A program made the position numbers and the translations under genes. The notes beneath the pieces were generated by a model. It saw only the letters and a list, made by a program, of their open reading frames with translations. It was not told the DNA's origin and searched no databases. This document shows positions 12,397 through 25,143 of a DNA stretch of 64,000 nucleotides, one piece after another. Source of the stretch: Lama glama. Taxonomy: Eukaryota. How positions within the stretch are numbered: position 1 is the first letter of the stretch; every line of letters begins with the position of its first letter. Where the stretch lies: the NCBI GenBank assembly GCA_028534125.1, contig CM052816.1, forward strand, positions 36,582,001-36,646,000, written 5' to 3'.

Positions 12397-15300
12397 TCAA
12401 TTAAATTATGTCAAAGGAGCCAATAATAATACAATAAGAAAAGGACAGTCTCTTTAATAAATGAAGTTGGCAAAATTGGACAGCCACATGCAAATAATGA
12501 AGCTGGACCATTATCTTATACCATACATAAAAATTAACTCATAATGGATTAAGGACTTCATCATAAGACCTGCAACTATGAAGTTCCTAGAAGAAGATAT
12601 AGGCAGAAGCTCCTTGATACAGGTTTGGTGATGATTTTTTGAATCTCATGCCAAAAGCAAAAGCAACAAAATGAAAAATAAACAAGTGGAACTACATCAA
12701 ACTAAAAACCTGCACAGCAAAGGAACTCATCAAAAAAATGAACTGGCAACCTCCTGAATGGGAGAAAATAATTGCAATACATATATCTGATGAGGGACTA
12801 ATAACCAAAATATACAAAGAACCCATTCAACTCAATAACAACAACAACAACAACAAAACAATTCAATTAAAAAGTGGGCAGAAGACCTGAGTAGACATTT
12901 TTTTTTCCAACAAAGACATTCAGATGGCCAACAGATACATGAAAAGATGCTGAACATCACCAATCACCAGGAAAATGCAAATCACAACCACAATGAGATA
13001 TCACCTCTTACCTGTTAGAATGACTATTATCAAAAAGACAAGAAATAATAAGTGTTGGGGAGGATGTGGAGAAAAGGGAACTCATGTGTACTGTTAATGT
13101 GAATGTAAACTGGTTTAGCAACTTAGAAAACAGTATGGAGGTTTATCAAAAAATTAAAAATATAACTATCTTATGATCCAGTAATTCCATGCTAGGTGTT
13201 TATCTAAAGAAAACAAAAACACTAATTTGAAAAGCTATTTCACTTCTATGTTTATTGCAGCATTAACTGTAATAGTTAAGAAACAATCTAAGTGTCTATC
13301 AAAGGCTGTGTGAATAAATTCTGAACCTTGAGGGCATTACATTAAGTGAAATAAATCAGAGAAAGATAAATACTATATTATCTCTTTTACACATGGAATT
13401 CAAAAAAGAAACCAAGAAAATAAATAGAAGTTCACTGATATAGAGACCAGATAGGTGGTTGCAAGAGACACGGTTACGGGTGAATGAGAGAAATGAGTGA
13501 ACTGTTTTCTTTCTTTTTGGTGGGGTTAAACAAATTGAATGATTTTTTTTTATGGCTAGAACATAACATAGTTAAAAAAAAAACCACTTCATGTGGGAGA
13601 CTATTTTGTCACATGGGAAAAAGCAGTATACTTCACGTATACTATAGTCATGGAGTGTTTTACCAGAATTGCAGAAGCAACAGTTCTAATCGGTGTTCTG
13701 TATGGTGTTAGCAGGAATTTGAGTCATTTAGCTGAGCTATTGATGTGTGTTCTCTGTTTCTCTCTCTGAACATGGTTAGATTTTGTTTTTGCTCACTAAT
13801 CATTATGCTTCCCACTTGCTAGTAGTTGAATCAATAGAGTTTCTTCTCTACATGGATTTTAAAAGTACATCTTGATTTCAGTAAATGCTTTGTAGAACCA
13901 AGGATTTTTTAGGGCATGGCTATGTTAAATACAGGGCAACTTTACAATTGATCCTCACTCTTGTAAAGCTTAGAAATTGTTAAGAATGCCTTGAATACAG
14001 ACAACCTATAATTAAAAAGATGTTATTCTTAATGAAAATAACTGTTACTGAGTCTAAAAAAAACTTAATTGAATATTCATTCTGTCATTATGACATTATA
14101 GGTGCTGGCTGTATAAAACAGGTAAGTCATATATGATTATATTTAATTTTAGCAACATCATTATTCTTTCTTGGACTTGCTATATGTAGTCAAATATGAC
14201 AATAGTGTGGGAATTTGGAGAATGTGAAAAATCATGTTAACTTAAGGGGATTTGGCTATCTATGTCCTAACTCTAAGATACCCTCTGTTATCCTTAGCTA
14301 AGAAAGAAACTGTGGGTTATTGAAAAAAATTATGATTTACTACATCTTTTAAAGTTAATGATTAATAATAATAATAATAGAAACTGTAAATTGCACATGA
14401 ACAGTTGTGAACAGTATTTCACATCCATCATTTGATTTGATCTTTATATATTAATATCAATAACAACAAAAGCTATCACTGTCCAAGTATTTACTAGGTT
14501 CCAGACAATTTGTAGGGAAAACTTCATGGTTTCAGGAAAAAAGCCATAAAATTCCTGAGGCACAAATACTGTATTCTATATTGTTATTGCACTTTTAGAA
14601 AGCAGTAAGCTGAGATTCTATCCCACATCTGACTGACTCTGACCAATACACTGTACTTTTTCCCGATATTTCTGAGAAGGAAAGGTTATTCTTATTAACC
14701 ACTCAATAAATGAGGCTCCGTCATCAGGAAGATCTCTCAGGCTTACAATAAATGCTCTAACTTAGTTCCTGCTACACCCCAATATTACCCTTCTTCAATT
14801 ATGCAGATATTGAGTATGAGGTTAGGTTCAATGCAGAATGAAAACTCAAAGTCCTTTATATCGCACTAAGGTATAAAAGTAATAATATCAGTAGACAAAT
14901 ATACCTACTTGCAAATGTGCAGAATTTGAAAGGAAAGGTAAGTCATATGAGAAAGGCTTTATTCATTCATCCCATAATTATTAAAAGAAGAAGTTGGTAA
15001 ACAGTAACATTTTGATTAATTGCACTCTATTTTTTTTTCTAGTTCATTTTTCTTTTCTCACATTTTTAAAAGATGGCACCTTAGAACCAAAAAACTTGTT
15101 TCTTTAACTTAAAAAAATTATTCACACTGTAAACATCAACTACTTAAGAAGCTACTTTGAAAGAACTTTGGACAAGCAAACAAAACTTGCTTAATTCCCA
15201 CCTGCTCTTAATAGCATACAGTATAGTATAATGACATCGTGTCCATTTTCTTTCTTTTCCACTTATTATGCAATCACACCACTGTTTTTACACAATAATA

Positions 15301-15769
15301 GACATAATACTGTATTCTGCTTTTCTCCCTCTAGAAGGCTGGTAGAATGCAAATGTTATCATCTCACAATGAAAAGAATTGTTTTAAGAAAAAAAAAACT
15401 TTTACATTTGCTGTGACAAAGATTTTTTTAAAAAAATCAATGTAGTTACAACCATTAAACAGAATTTTTTCTTTTATTTTGAGTTCTTATCAGAAGGAAT
15501 AAAGACACAGCCCTTAGCACACTTTAGAATAAATTCTAATACTCTGCATTTAAAAGCGTATATCTCGCTTTCCTCACTGATGTTTTGTATTGTCTAATAA
15601 GAAGATATAATGAACTGTATTCAGCCTGTTGTCAAGAGCCCGAAACCAAGAGGTCAGAGGCATGAAGCTGTTAAGATATAAAAGATGTAATCTCAATAAT
15701 GTTTTTACTTTGAATATATTCTTGTAAGGATTTTGCATTTCTTCTTCCCAAGCTCTTTGAAGTTCACAG

Positions 15770-16130
15770 GGGCAATGTGGAGTGGAAAGAGTAACAGGTC
15801 AAGGGTTTGGGTCAAGTTCAAGTTTAGCCATTACTTTCATTCAAAATTCTTTGAGGGAAATAACTGTTCATGCACCTTGTTTTATTCCCACTTCCTCACA
15901 TAGATCTTGGCATGGAATGAGAACTAAATAAATATTTGTTGAAAGAATAAACACATGAACTCAAACAAATTGTTAATGTTCTCTGAATCATTGATTCCTC
16001 AGTTGAAAAACATAAATAATACCTGAACTGTAAAGACAATAAGAAGCTATAATTCTGTTTTGGTTTGTATGCATATGTACCTGAAAATGTTCTGAAGTTT
16101 GTGGAAGCTATAGATTACATAGAAAAGTAA
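15770..16130 (+). mobile_element. MIR split by an L2 3' tail (~15843-15950)
   Basis: MIR 5' part gtggagtggaaagag...tcaagtttagccattact, then L2 tail ...aactaaataaatatttgttgaaagaataaa, then the MIR core resumes (ttctctgaatcattgattcctcagttgaaaaa). Confidence 0.6.
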
Positions 16131-16431
16131 AGAATTATTTTTGCTAATACTAAAATTATTTTTGAAGATACTGAGTGAGGAAAATGAGCAATTTATGACA
16201 CTATGATAAACATTAAAAAGCTTATAAATCCAAATAAGTTTTATAAATATAAAAAGTGAGAATATTATTATGCTTGTGATAAATCTTCCTCACCTAAGTA
16301 CTACACATCTGTTCCCCAAGAGGCAAGCTGAATACCATTTAATGATGTCAATGGTATATTCAAGAAGAAAAACTTAATGTTTTGCATGTGAAACAGAGAT
16401 GTTCCTCTCACACAGTGCACTGTCATTAAAT

Positions 16432-16443
16432 AATGACGTCATT
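16432..16443. promoter_or_regulatory. Full consensus CRE (TGACGTCA) within the 12-bp palindrome aatgacgtcatt
   Basis: Exact motif at 16434-16441 with an intact CpG in CpG-poor unique DNA; function untested. Confidence 0.35.
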
Positions 16444-16505
16444 CAGAAATTCATTAAAGAAAGTAGTGAGTTTAACATTTGGATTATTAATCTTAGAACA
16501 CTCAC

Positions 16506-16585
16506 GGTGACTGGTAGAGGCAAGTCAAAGACGAAGCAGTGGGAGCAGTCCATCTGCAGCATAGGCAATCCATGATGTGTACTGT
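16506..16585 (-). other. Candidate 80-nt spliced exon of an unidentified minus-strand transcript
   Basis: Minus strand reads tttattattgtttttaaattctctacag|ACAGTACACATCATGG...CCAGTCACC|gtgagt. About 50% GC against AT-rich flanks; contains ATCATGG (Kozak-compatible). Product not recognised. Confidence 0.5.
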
Positions 16586-17911
16586 CTGTAGAGAATTTAA
16601 AAACAATAATAAAATTTGACTAAAGTTGGTCTGCTTCTTATTAACACCATGACTCAAGTCAGCAATAAAATTTTTCTTCCAAAAAAATGTGTTGTTCCAA
16701 ATTCTAAACAATTGCTATGGTTACTATTGAGTTTTAATAATATATATGTAAGCTTCAAATTAGCACATTTTTATTACTCATCCTTTAGTAAACATTGTAT
16801 TTTATATGGAATTTAACTCTCAGTTATACAGCTGGGCTTGATACATGCATTTGTTTCAACAATGAGTTTATAAGGATATGGAATCATTTAAGCTCTCTCC
16901 AAGCACAGTTAAATAGTGAAGCAGAACTAAACAGTGATAGTCTAGTGATTGTAAAATGAAGAAACAAACAAGTTCTTTTATCTGTGTTTAAAATGTAGGA
17001 AGCTTCTAGAATTAATCCTAAAGAAACCAAAATGTAAGGAAATACAGCACAGTCTGGAATTTACTGTAAAATGGGATTTTTATCACTCTCTGCCAAACTT
17101 TTTCTTGTATTTTAAATATTTTAAAACTGTGTATATGAGTTGTATCATGTAAAAGAAACTTCTGAAATTGAAATAAATAACAAGTGTTCAAGTGTTTCTC
17201 AATCAACTATGAGTAGAGGTAGTGTTACAAATTTGGCTCTATTGTCTATTGACAATAAATATTTTAAGAAGATTCATTTTAATAAAGTCATTGACAAATT
17301 CATAGATTAATACTTGCAAATATAAAATTTAAAGTTATTTTAACTCATTAGAGCTGTTGAAAATATATGTCTATTTTCCTAATCTCTAAAAGATACAGTA
17401 ATATAATTAAGAATACTAATCAGCCACATCGTTCCTTTTATGGACTGTAATAAAAATTCCAAAGTTGTATTCATTAATTTGTTTTACTTATATGAATACA
17501 TATATATATATTATGTATGTGTATATATTAAGTTTGGTAAATAAAACCTTTACTGTCTTTGTTCTCTTTCTAGGCATTTGTATTATGTTCTTCATTTCAT
17601 GATTATTACATGATAATGATCTACTCAGGGTGTCACCTAGCTAGGCATGCTGCTGCTGATGATTCTTGACACACAAATTGTCAGATGAAAAGAATGATGA
17701 AGCTGGGTAGGGCTCTTTTCAAACTATGTGGAAGGAATGAGTTATTTTTTAATAGCAGAGAAATTCAGTTCTCAATTGAATGGTATAAACGGAAAAAATT
17801 AAGGTTCCCTTCTGTGTTTTTACATATAAGTATGTAAATTATGGATGACAATGATATAATTAGAAAGGGAAATGTCCTCCTGATCTTGGTTTAATATTTC
17901 TGTTCATTTAA

Positions 17912-18780
17912 AGATGCTATTAAGGGCATGAAAAAAGAGCACAAAGTGGAGAAAGATATTTGTAATACATTTCGACAACAAAAGATTCATATCTAGAATG
18001 TATGAGGCATCCTTATAATTCAATAGAAATGAAGACAGGGAATACAAATGGGAAAAAAATTGTATAGGACATCTAAATGGCTAATATACACATAAACAAG
18101 TATTCAATTTCATCAATATAATGGGGTTATAAATTAAAACCATAATGTGATATCACTAGAAACTCACTCGAATAACTTAAACTAAAAAAAAAAATTAAAG
18201 AGACTGACAATATCAATTATTGGCAAAAATGCAGAATAGCTAGAATTCTCACATATATCAGTAGCAGGAGTGTAAATTGGTAAAATACTTTGGAAAATTG
18301 TTTGGCATTATCTGCTGAAGTTAGTCATGTGCATAGCCTGTGATTCTGCAATTCATTATAAGAATGACATAGCAGTTTCATTCATGATGGCCCCAAACTG
18401 TAAACTACCCCAGTTATTTATCAACATTAGAATAAATGAATTATCTATGGTATATTAATAGAATTGAGTGTTAACAGAGCAAAAAAATGAATGAATTACT
18501 GCTACATGTAACAAGATATATACTCACAAATATCACTTATATAGAATATATAAAGAATACGTAAGAAAATAATTTCTACAAAATTTGTATTAAGTTCAAA
18601 AGTAGCAAAACTAACATGTAGAATTAGAAACCAGGATAGTGGATAATTTGGGGAGAAGTATTGTCAACTGGGAGATATCTCAAGGAGGAATTTTGGTGTG
18701 CTGGTAGTATTCAATTTGTTAAAGTTTTCTATATGCATGTTATACTTCTATAAATAGTATTTAATTTTAAAAAATTATAA
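17912..18780 (+). mobile_element. Old L1 (L1ME/L1MD-like) 3' region
   Basis: ggagaaagatatttgtaatacat, aattaaaaccataatgtgatatcacta, actgacaatatcaattattggc, gtgtaaattggtaaaatactttggaaaa, tgcatgttatactt. Confidence 0.85.
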
Positions 18781-21700
18781 TACATCGCACTTACTGTAAT
18801 TTCAACAGCAAATCTAAGCAAGAGCTCCACTTGCACAGCAGAGCTGCACAAATCACAGCTCTAACCTGTGACCACACTCAACACGAACTGACCTTACAGC
18901 CACCTTTGCTGTAATGCACTGACAAAGACTTTCATATTTTATTCAGAATGTTTTGGACATAAAGGATATTAATAAGCAATTCAGATAAAATTGGATTTTG
19001 AGATTGTTTGAGGAAAACAACAAAACAACAACAAAAGTTGTTTCTTACATGGTGATTTAATATCTCATTCACAACTTAATCATTATCTACACAGAATTAC
19101 TAGATTGCCTAGTGGAATTACCAGCTAAAGAGATGTAAAGAAAATGTGTGTTACATTATTCTTAGCATTTCCTTTATGAGTTTTCACAGATGTCTTGAAA
19201 CGTACATTAGGGACAACTGCTTTGCCAGACACATAATTAATGCTTTTAAATCAAGAATCTATTGAAAGTTGTATCATACCTGCACTATTTTAACTTATTC
19301 TAATTAGATATATGTTATTATTTGTTGTAACCAATTTTATTTTTTTCCCAAGAAAACACAGGCACATTCTCTGGGTAAAAATCCTTAAATATTCTCAAAA
19401 GACAGAGGATAAGGAAAGAGTAGTAATATAGTACTGTAGTATAATGGCAAAGGTATACATGTCTGCCTTTCTTTTTGATTTGCTGAGGTTTTGCAGCATG
19501 ATTAATACTCGTAATACTAATTAACACTCATATAAGTCAATTTTATCATGATTATAAACCACATGTTTCATCAAATATGAACTTACTATAACTTACTGTT
19601 GATTTAAGAATAAAAGCCCCCATACCACTGTTGTTTGAAAAAAATTAGCTATATTTTACTAAAATTTTAAAACTGGGAAGAGTTTACTAAACAAACAAAA
19701 AATAAAATTCTGAAAGGCTTGACAGACAATTTAATCAAGGTTAATAAATTGTCCTTTTATCAAACAATAGATATTTCAAGACAAGTCTATATGATACCAC
19801 TGGTAGTTAGATCATTCAAAAATTATAAATCTACATACAAATAAACTCAGTTAATTTTTTTAATAATGTCAGACACTAATTTTAAATTGTTTACATGGAA
19901 ATTATGGAGTTTTTAGTGTACTGACATCCCTCAAAATCTGAGAAACAGTATATGCCTTAAAAAAATAAATATTGAAATACAGGAGTCAAAGTTAAATAGT
20001 CTATAGTTTGTTTATCAAAATTGGTGAGCATCAACTGTGTATGTTCTCTGGTATGAAATTAATGTCATTTATCTATCAGTTAATCAATAAAAAGTACATA
20101 ATAAATCATAAAGGGCTTGTTATCCAGGTGAGAGATCGTTTCTAAATACCCTTTGGGCTGAGTGGATGCCTGGAGAACAGGTTATGTGATATTTGGACTC
20201 AAGCTCTTAACTACCTCCTGTTCCCTCCCCTGTTCACTTAGACTCCATTTCAACTTGATGGCGTCACATTGTGGCTGCACTCAAGACCTATTCTGTTCAA
20301 CTATAAAGCTGATTTGCACACAAATATCCTGATTCTTTAGTCTCTAGAAAATAATCCTAATAGTTTGTTCTCAGCAGTCCTTGATTCTTGAAGAAGTGTC
20401 CTGTGAGACAATTTTTACAGCTATAGATAGCATCATTGTCCTTAGGAACACGTACTCTATTTTTAAAGTTTGCACATTTGTAACTGGTTCTTAGGATCTC
20501 CCCTTTAAAAATGGTCATCCAGAGCAATAATTTTCTAAATATTCAATGTTGACTTCTAATATCTCTTTCAGGTCTAACAGTCAGGTATATTTTTGTTCCT
20601 ATGTTCTTAATGTGATGACTTTTTTTCTTGAATATAATAGAGCTAATTTTCTGTTGTTACCTGACAGATAAATATTAAATTGTGTTATCAACTCCAGATA
20701 GAATCTATAAAGTTGAAAATCATAGAACTCAGAATTTCATTTCTTGATTTGCTATTATTTGTGTTGTGTTCAGTTGCATCACTTGTTGAGTTGATAAGGT
20801 TTGAGGGATTCTGTTATATCTAAAGTTGCTTCTGACAAAAGTTCAGAAGACTCCTTTATTCAATAGCTCTGCAGTTCTGTGTTAGCTGGTATAGCCAGCT
20901 TTCAATGAACCCTGGCTAACTATAAAGCCTACAACCTGTGTTTCTGACTTAATGGAAACATAAGCCATTTAGTCTGATGAAGCATATGTCCCTTTTTAAC
21001 TTGCCTTTGATTATGTTTTAACTTTGTAACAAAATGCCCTGTATGACTTTATTATTATTTATTCTTGGAACTGGAGAAAAAACAAAGTCATCAGCTCATC
21101 TTGAGAACACATTTCAGAACACCACTCTAATCATTGTGGTTGATGCTATAAATATAAAAAGAAAAGGCCCTGAACATGAGTTTATGTGGAAGTTATATTT
21201 TTGTGTTAATATTTTAATACCAATTTGTAAAAGCCAAGTAAAATTATTCTTTATTTCAGAAAAATATGAATATTCATGAAAAAAATTTTGTCAAAAAAGA
21301 GAAAAAATAATAGCTTAAAATGTTTGTTTTGATATAAAATCAAAGTATCACAATGTTTTTCCCTGTCATTCTATCACACCTTGAGTAATGGAAAGACATT
21401 TAAAAAAATATATTTTCCAGCTACTACATAGCAAAATATGATTGGATAAAAAGTTCATTTTCTTCCATATTATGTAACATTATTATTAAAAATAATTCAC
21501 TTCCATGGTGCATCATTACTAAAGGATTCCCTTTAGAAGCTTAGTAAATACTTTTTGTTTCTGTTGGATTTTTTCTTGATTTTTTTAATCCCTACATACG
21601 GACACATTCAGGTGCCTCTTGCCTGGAAATTATTTACTATTGGGAAATGAAGGTGTGTCTTTTCATCCTGAAATGTACCGGTAGGAGAGTGAAATACCAT

Positions 21701-21919
21701 AATGTTGCAGATGAAATATATGGATTATTGAACCCCTAATAGGCTTCAAGAAAAACTGTGAAAAGAAAAGCTAGCTCTGCTTAGTATGATATTAAATATA
21801 TGGGACATGTTGACATTTTGTTTATGTTTTTGATGATATTTATTTAATTTTTAGGTTCAATTCAATGACCTCAATGAATTAAATATTTTAAAATTTTCAT
21901 CTGGATAAACAAGTAGGTA

Positions 21920-22330
21920 GATAGAAATGAACTTTTTAAAAACATAACCACAATGTATTATCAGATTTGAAAATTACTGTTTCCTTAATATTATCACCAA
22001 ATATCCAGATTTTTTAAAAACTTGATTTAATTTGGAAACAAATGAGTTCAATATATTTCCTAGGTCTCTTAACTGTTCATTTGGAATAATTAATAATTAA
22101 TTAATTACATATTTCCATAATACTTCTTTTTCTGCCTCTGTAATTCATTTGTTGGAAAAAAATGAGTCATTTGTTTGGTAGAATTTCCCAAAGTCTGGAT
22201 TTTTCTGAGTGCACCATCATTTACTGAACGTTTCTTTATAGTTTATATTTCATGAAGACTGACAGGTAAATCTTGAGGCTTGTTCTTACTTGGGGTGAGA
22301 GACTTCATACATGGTAAGGTGTAATTTTTT
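21920..22330 (-). mobile_element. Old L1 (L1MC/L1ME-like) 3'UTR fragment
   Basis: acataaccacaatgtattatca, ttccttaatattatca, gtcatttgtttggtagaatttcccaaagtctggattt. Confidence 0.6.
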
Positions 22331-22749
22331 CTCATACAACATAAGCTAGAATTGGGGAAGTTTAGTGTTGGCAAGTATGGTTACATCGCCCTTATTCCCG
22401 AGTGATGACTGTTACTCTGAGTGCTGATCAGGTTTCTTCCTGTTGAGAATCAGTGTAAAATTCCCTGTAGCAGAAAACTTGAGAAAGACACAAATCATCC
22501 TCTCTCTGTGGCTCATATTTGGATGAGGTTCATGAGGTGATGGGATACCTCCACATTTCATTGGGGAGGCTTAAACAGACTCTTATTGACTCTAATGAGA
22601 CCAACTGACGAATGGGTTCTAACTAGCAGTGTTAAATGCACTTCTGTTTTCCTCTATCATTAAGCCTGGAGAAAAGTTTGGTTTTTTCCTGTCCTGTAAT
22701 ATGCTTTTAGGAATTAAGGACATGTGAACTCGGTACAAAATAGTACTGA

Positions 22750-23010
22750 ACATTCATTCTTTAATTCCCCAAATATTAGTTGAGTACCTATAATGACCCA
22801 GACACTGTGTGAGGAACTGAGGGTATAAAAATTAGTGAAAACAGACATGGTTTCTCTTTTCATAACATTATTGTCAAATGAGGAATACAGATAATCATCA
22901 AATAATTATCCTAGCTAATAAATAATTAGTAACTGAGAGAATACTCTGAAGGGAAAGATCATTATTTAATAACATCATAAATTAAAGGAATTAAATCTCA
23001 AGATGCAGTA
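22750..23010 (-). mobile_element. L2 3' end
   Basis: cattcattc...aaatattagttgagtacctataatgacccagacactgtg...gtgaaaacagacatggt. Confidence 0.85.
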
Positions 23011-24824
23011 AGAGATAATAAAGACAGTTCAGGACCAGGCACATTTTGGAGGTGATAAGGACCTACCAGGATATGTTTGAGAAACAAAAATATTCCTCCC
23101 TCACTCCCAGATATTCATTGAGGAGGGAAATTCTTGAAAAGAATTCTGAAGGTCTGTGAGATGTCATCCTCATACTTGTTTTTAATAGACATTGAATAAA
23201 AGGATTATCCCTCAAAACTGATTGTAAAACACAGGCCTTCTTATCTTTCTTGTTTGCCCAGATGGTCCACATGGAAAATATTGGGTAAGCAGACAACTAC
23301 ATCTAGTCACAGAAGTTTTACTTCTGTATAGGTGCAAACATAATTTTGACTGCTGTTTGCAATATAAACTAACTGGCTTAGTGATTATATTAACTATACC
23401 AGTATCGGGCTGACTAACTTGTTTTGTCTAGAAATACAGAAAGGTTTCTTATAGGCCACATGTAAAGCAACCATAAACAACCAAGTGCAAAAATAAGAAC
23501 ACAAGCTGAACAGATTTAGAAATACAATATTCCCTACATCATGAAGTGTTTCTCTACTTCAGCAGTTCTTTGTGTGAGAAAGTCACCAAAGACACTTTCA
23601 TATAAAGAAACCATAATTTTGTTTTGTAATAAATGGGAAACAGAAGAAATAGGAAGACAGAATATAGGAAATAACTTATGAACAAAAAGATAGAAAACAA
23701 AAGAACAATTTTTTACATGTAAAATTTTGCAGTCTGATGCCCACTGTGCTCATGTGAACTGTTATTCAGAGAAGATAAGTGGTGACAGATGTGGCTTCCT
23801 TGTGGAAAGAACTTAATGTCAAGCAGCTGGGCAACTACATTTCTTAAAGAAAATTAGTTCTGAGCCCTCCTAATTGGACTCTTTTCCTCTCTCCTCCTTA
23901 AATTTGCAACTGGAGTTTTCAGTAAACCATAGCAATCTTGATGGCATCTAATGGTCTGAGTGATTTTACATTCCCAAGTCTTCCTGCTGGTGATGTTCAT
24001 AAACTTTTGTAAGAACTAGTGTCCAGGATGGAATGATTCACCTGAAAACTTGACTGTTTATTTTATTAAAAGCTGATTAGGAATGATATATTATCATACA
24101 TATATATTCCCCTTTCTATTACTATATCTTTTCTTTTCTGTCATACTTTTCTCCAGGAGTAATGGCTTAGATAATGACATTATTAGTAGGCCTAATTTAT
24201 AAGAAAAACAATATGATTTTTATGTGTCATGTATTTAACCATGAAATTTGAAATTACTGTAGCAGGAATGTATTTTTTCAGGGGTAGCAGTTTTGCATTT
24301 CTACTAGTTAAAGCCTTTATACTAAAACCTTTTTGTTTTAAATCCATAATAAACAATGAAAAAGTGACAGGATATGAAATTAAAATCCCTCTAGAGAAGA
24401 TATATAGAAAGGGGGAATCAGATAAATATATATATACATATATATGAATACTTCATAAATATTATATATATAATACTTTGCCTATTGCCATGTAAATATG
24501 GTACTTAATCTTATTACCCCACGAATATTCTCCATGTGACTTTAGAGCATTGAGGATATCACAGGGTGATAACGGTGGAAGAAGACGACGGTGATTTTTA
24601 TTCTGGGGGCCACTCCAGGCTAGTGAGCTTATGCAGGTAAGATTATGAGCCCAGTAATACCTTCCTACTCCAGAATGATGCATCCTCCACATTCCAGCGA
24701 AATAGTTCCTCATCCCTGTAGAGGTGTATCTGGTTCTGCATGTGTAGTCCTTCACTTGTGTGGCTTTCTATCTTCCTATCCATCTCCTTGTCACATGATG
24801 GTTAAAACTGACTGCATTCTAGAT

Positions 24825-25143
24825 CAGTGTTATCCAAGAGAAATATTATTCATGCCACTGTAGTAACTTAAAATTTTCTAATAACCACATTAACAAAAGT
24901 AAAAACTGTGTGATTAATTAATTTAATAATGTATTTGATTTAACCTAATATTTAAAATATTATTTCAACACATATCAGTGTGAAAGTCTTTAATGAGTAG
25001 CTCATGTTCTTTTTTTTTTTTCATACTAAAGCTTCAAAATCTGGTGTGTATTTCACACTTACAGCACAACTCAGTTTGAACTAGCCATACTTCAGGTTGC
25101 AATGACCACATGTGCCTAATGGCTACCATACTGGAGAGCAGAG
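24825..25143 (+). mobile_element. MER33-like hAT-Charlie non-autonomous DNA transposon, full length
   Basis: ~320 bp, starts cagtgttatccaa and ends tactggagagcagag; internal tcaaaatctggtgtgtatttcacacttacagcaca. 8-bp TSD ttctagat (24817-24824) / ctctagat (25144-25151) fits the Charlie NTCTAGAN target. Strand label is nominal. Confidence 0.9.

Larger units (their letters stand above)
10936..13545 (+). mobile_element. 5'-truncated LINE-1 (~2.6 kb: RT domain, C-terminus, 3'UTR), decayed
   Basis: Continuous L1 ORF2 similarity. The RT motif region reads [13 protein letters not shown] at about 11687-11725 (FADD motif). Stops, frameshifts and internal deletions near 11115 and 13320. Confidence 0.97.
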
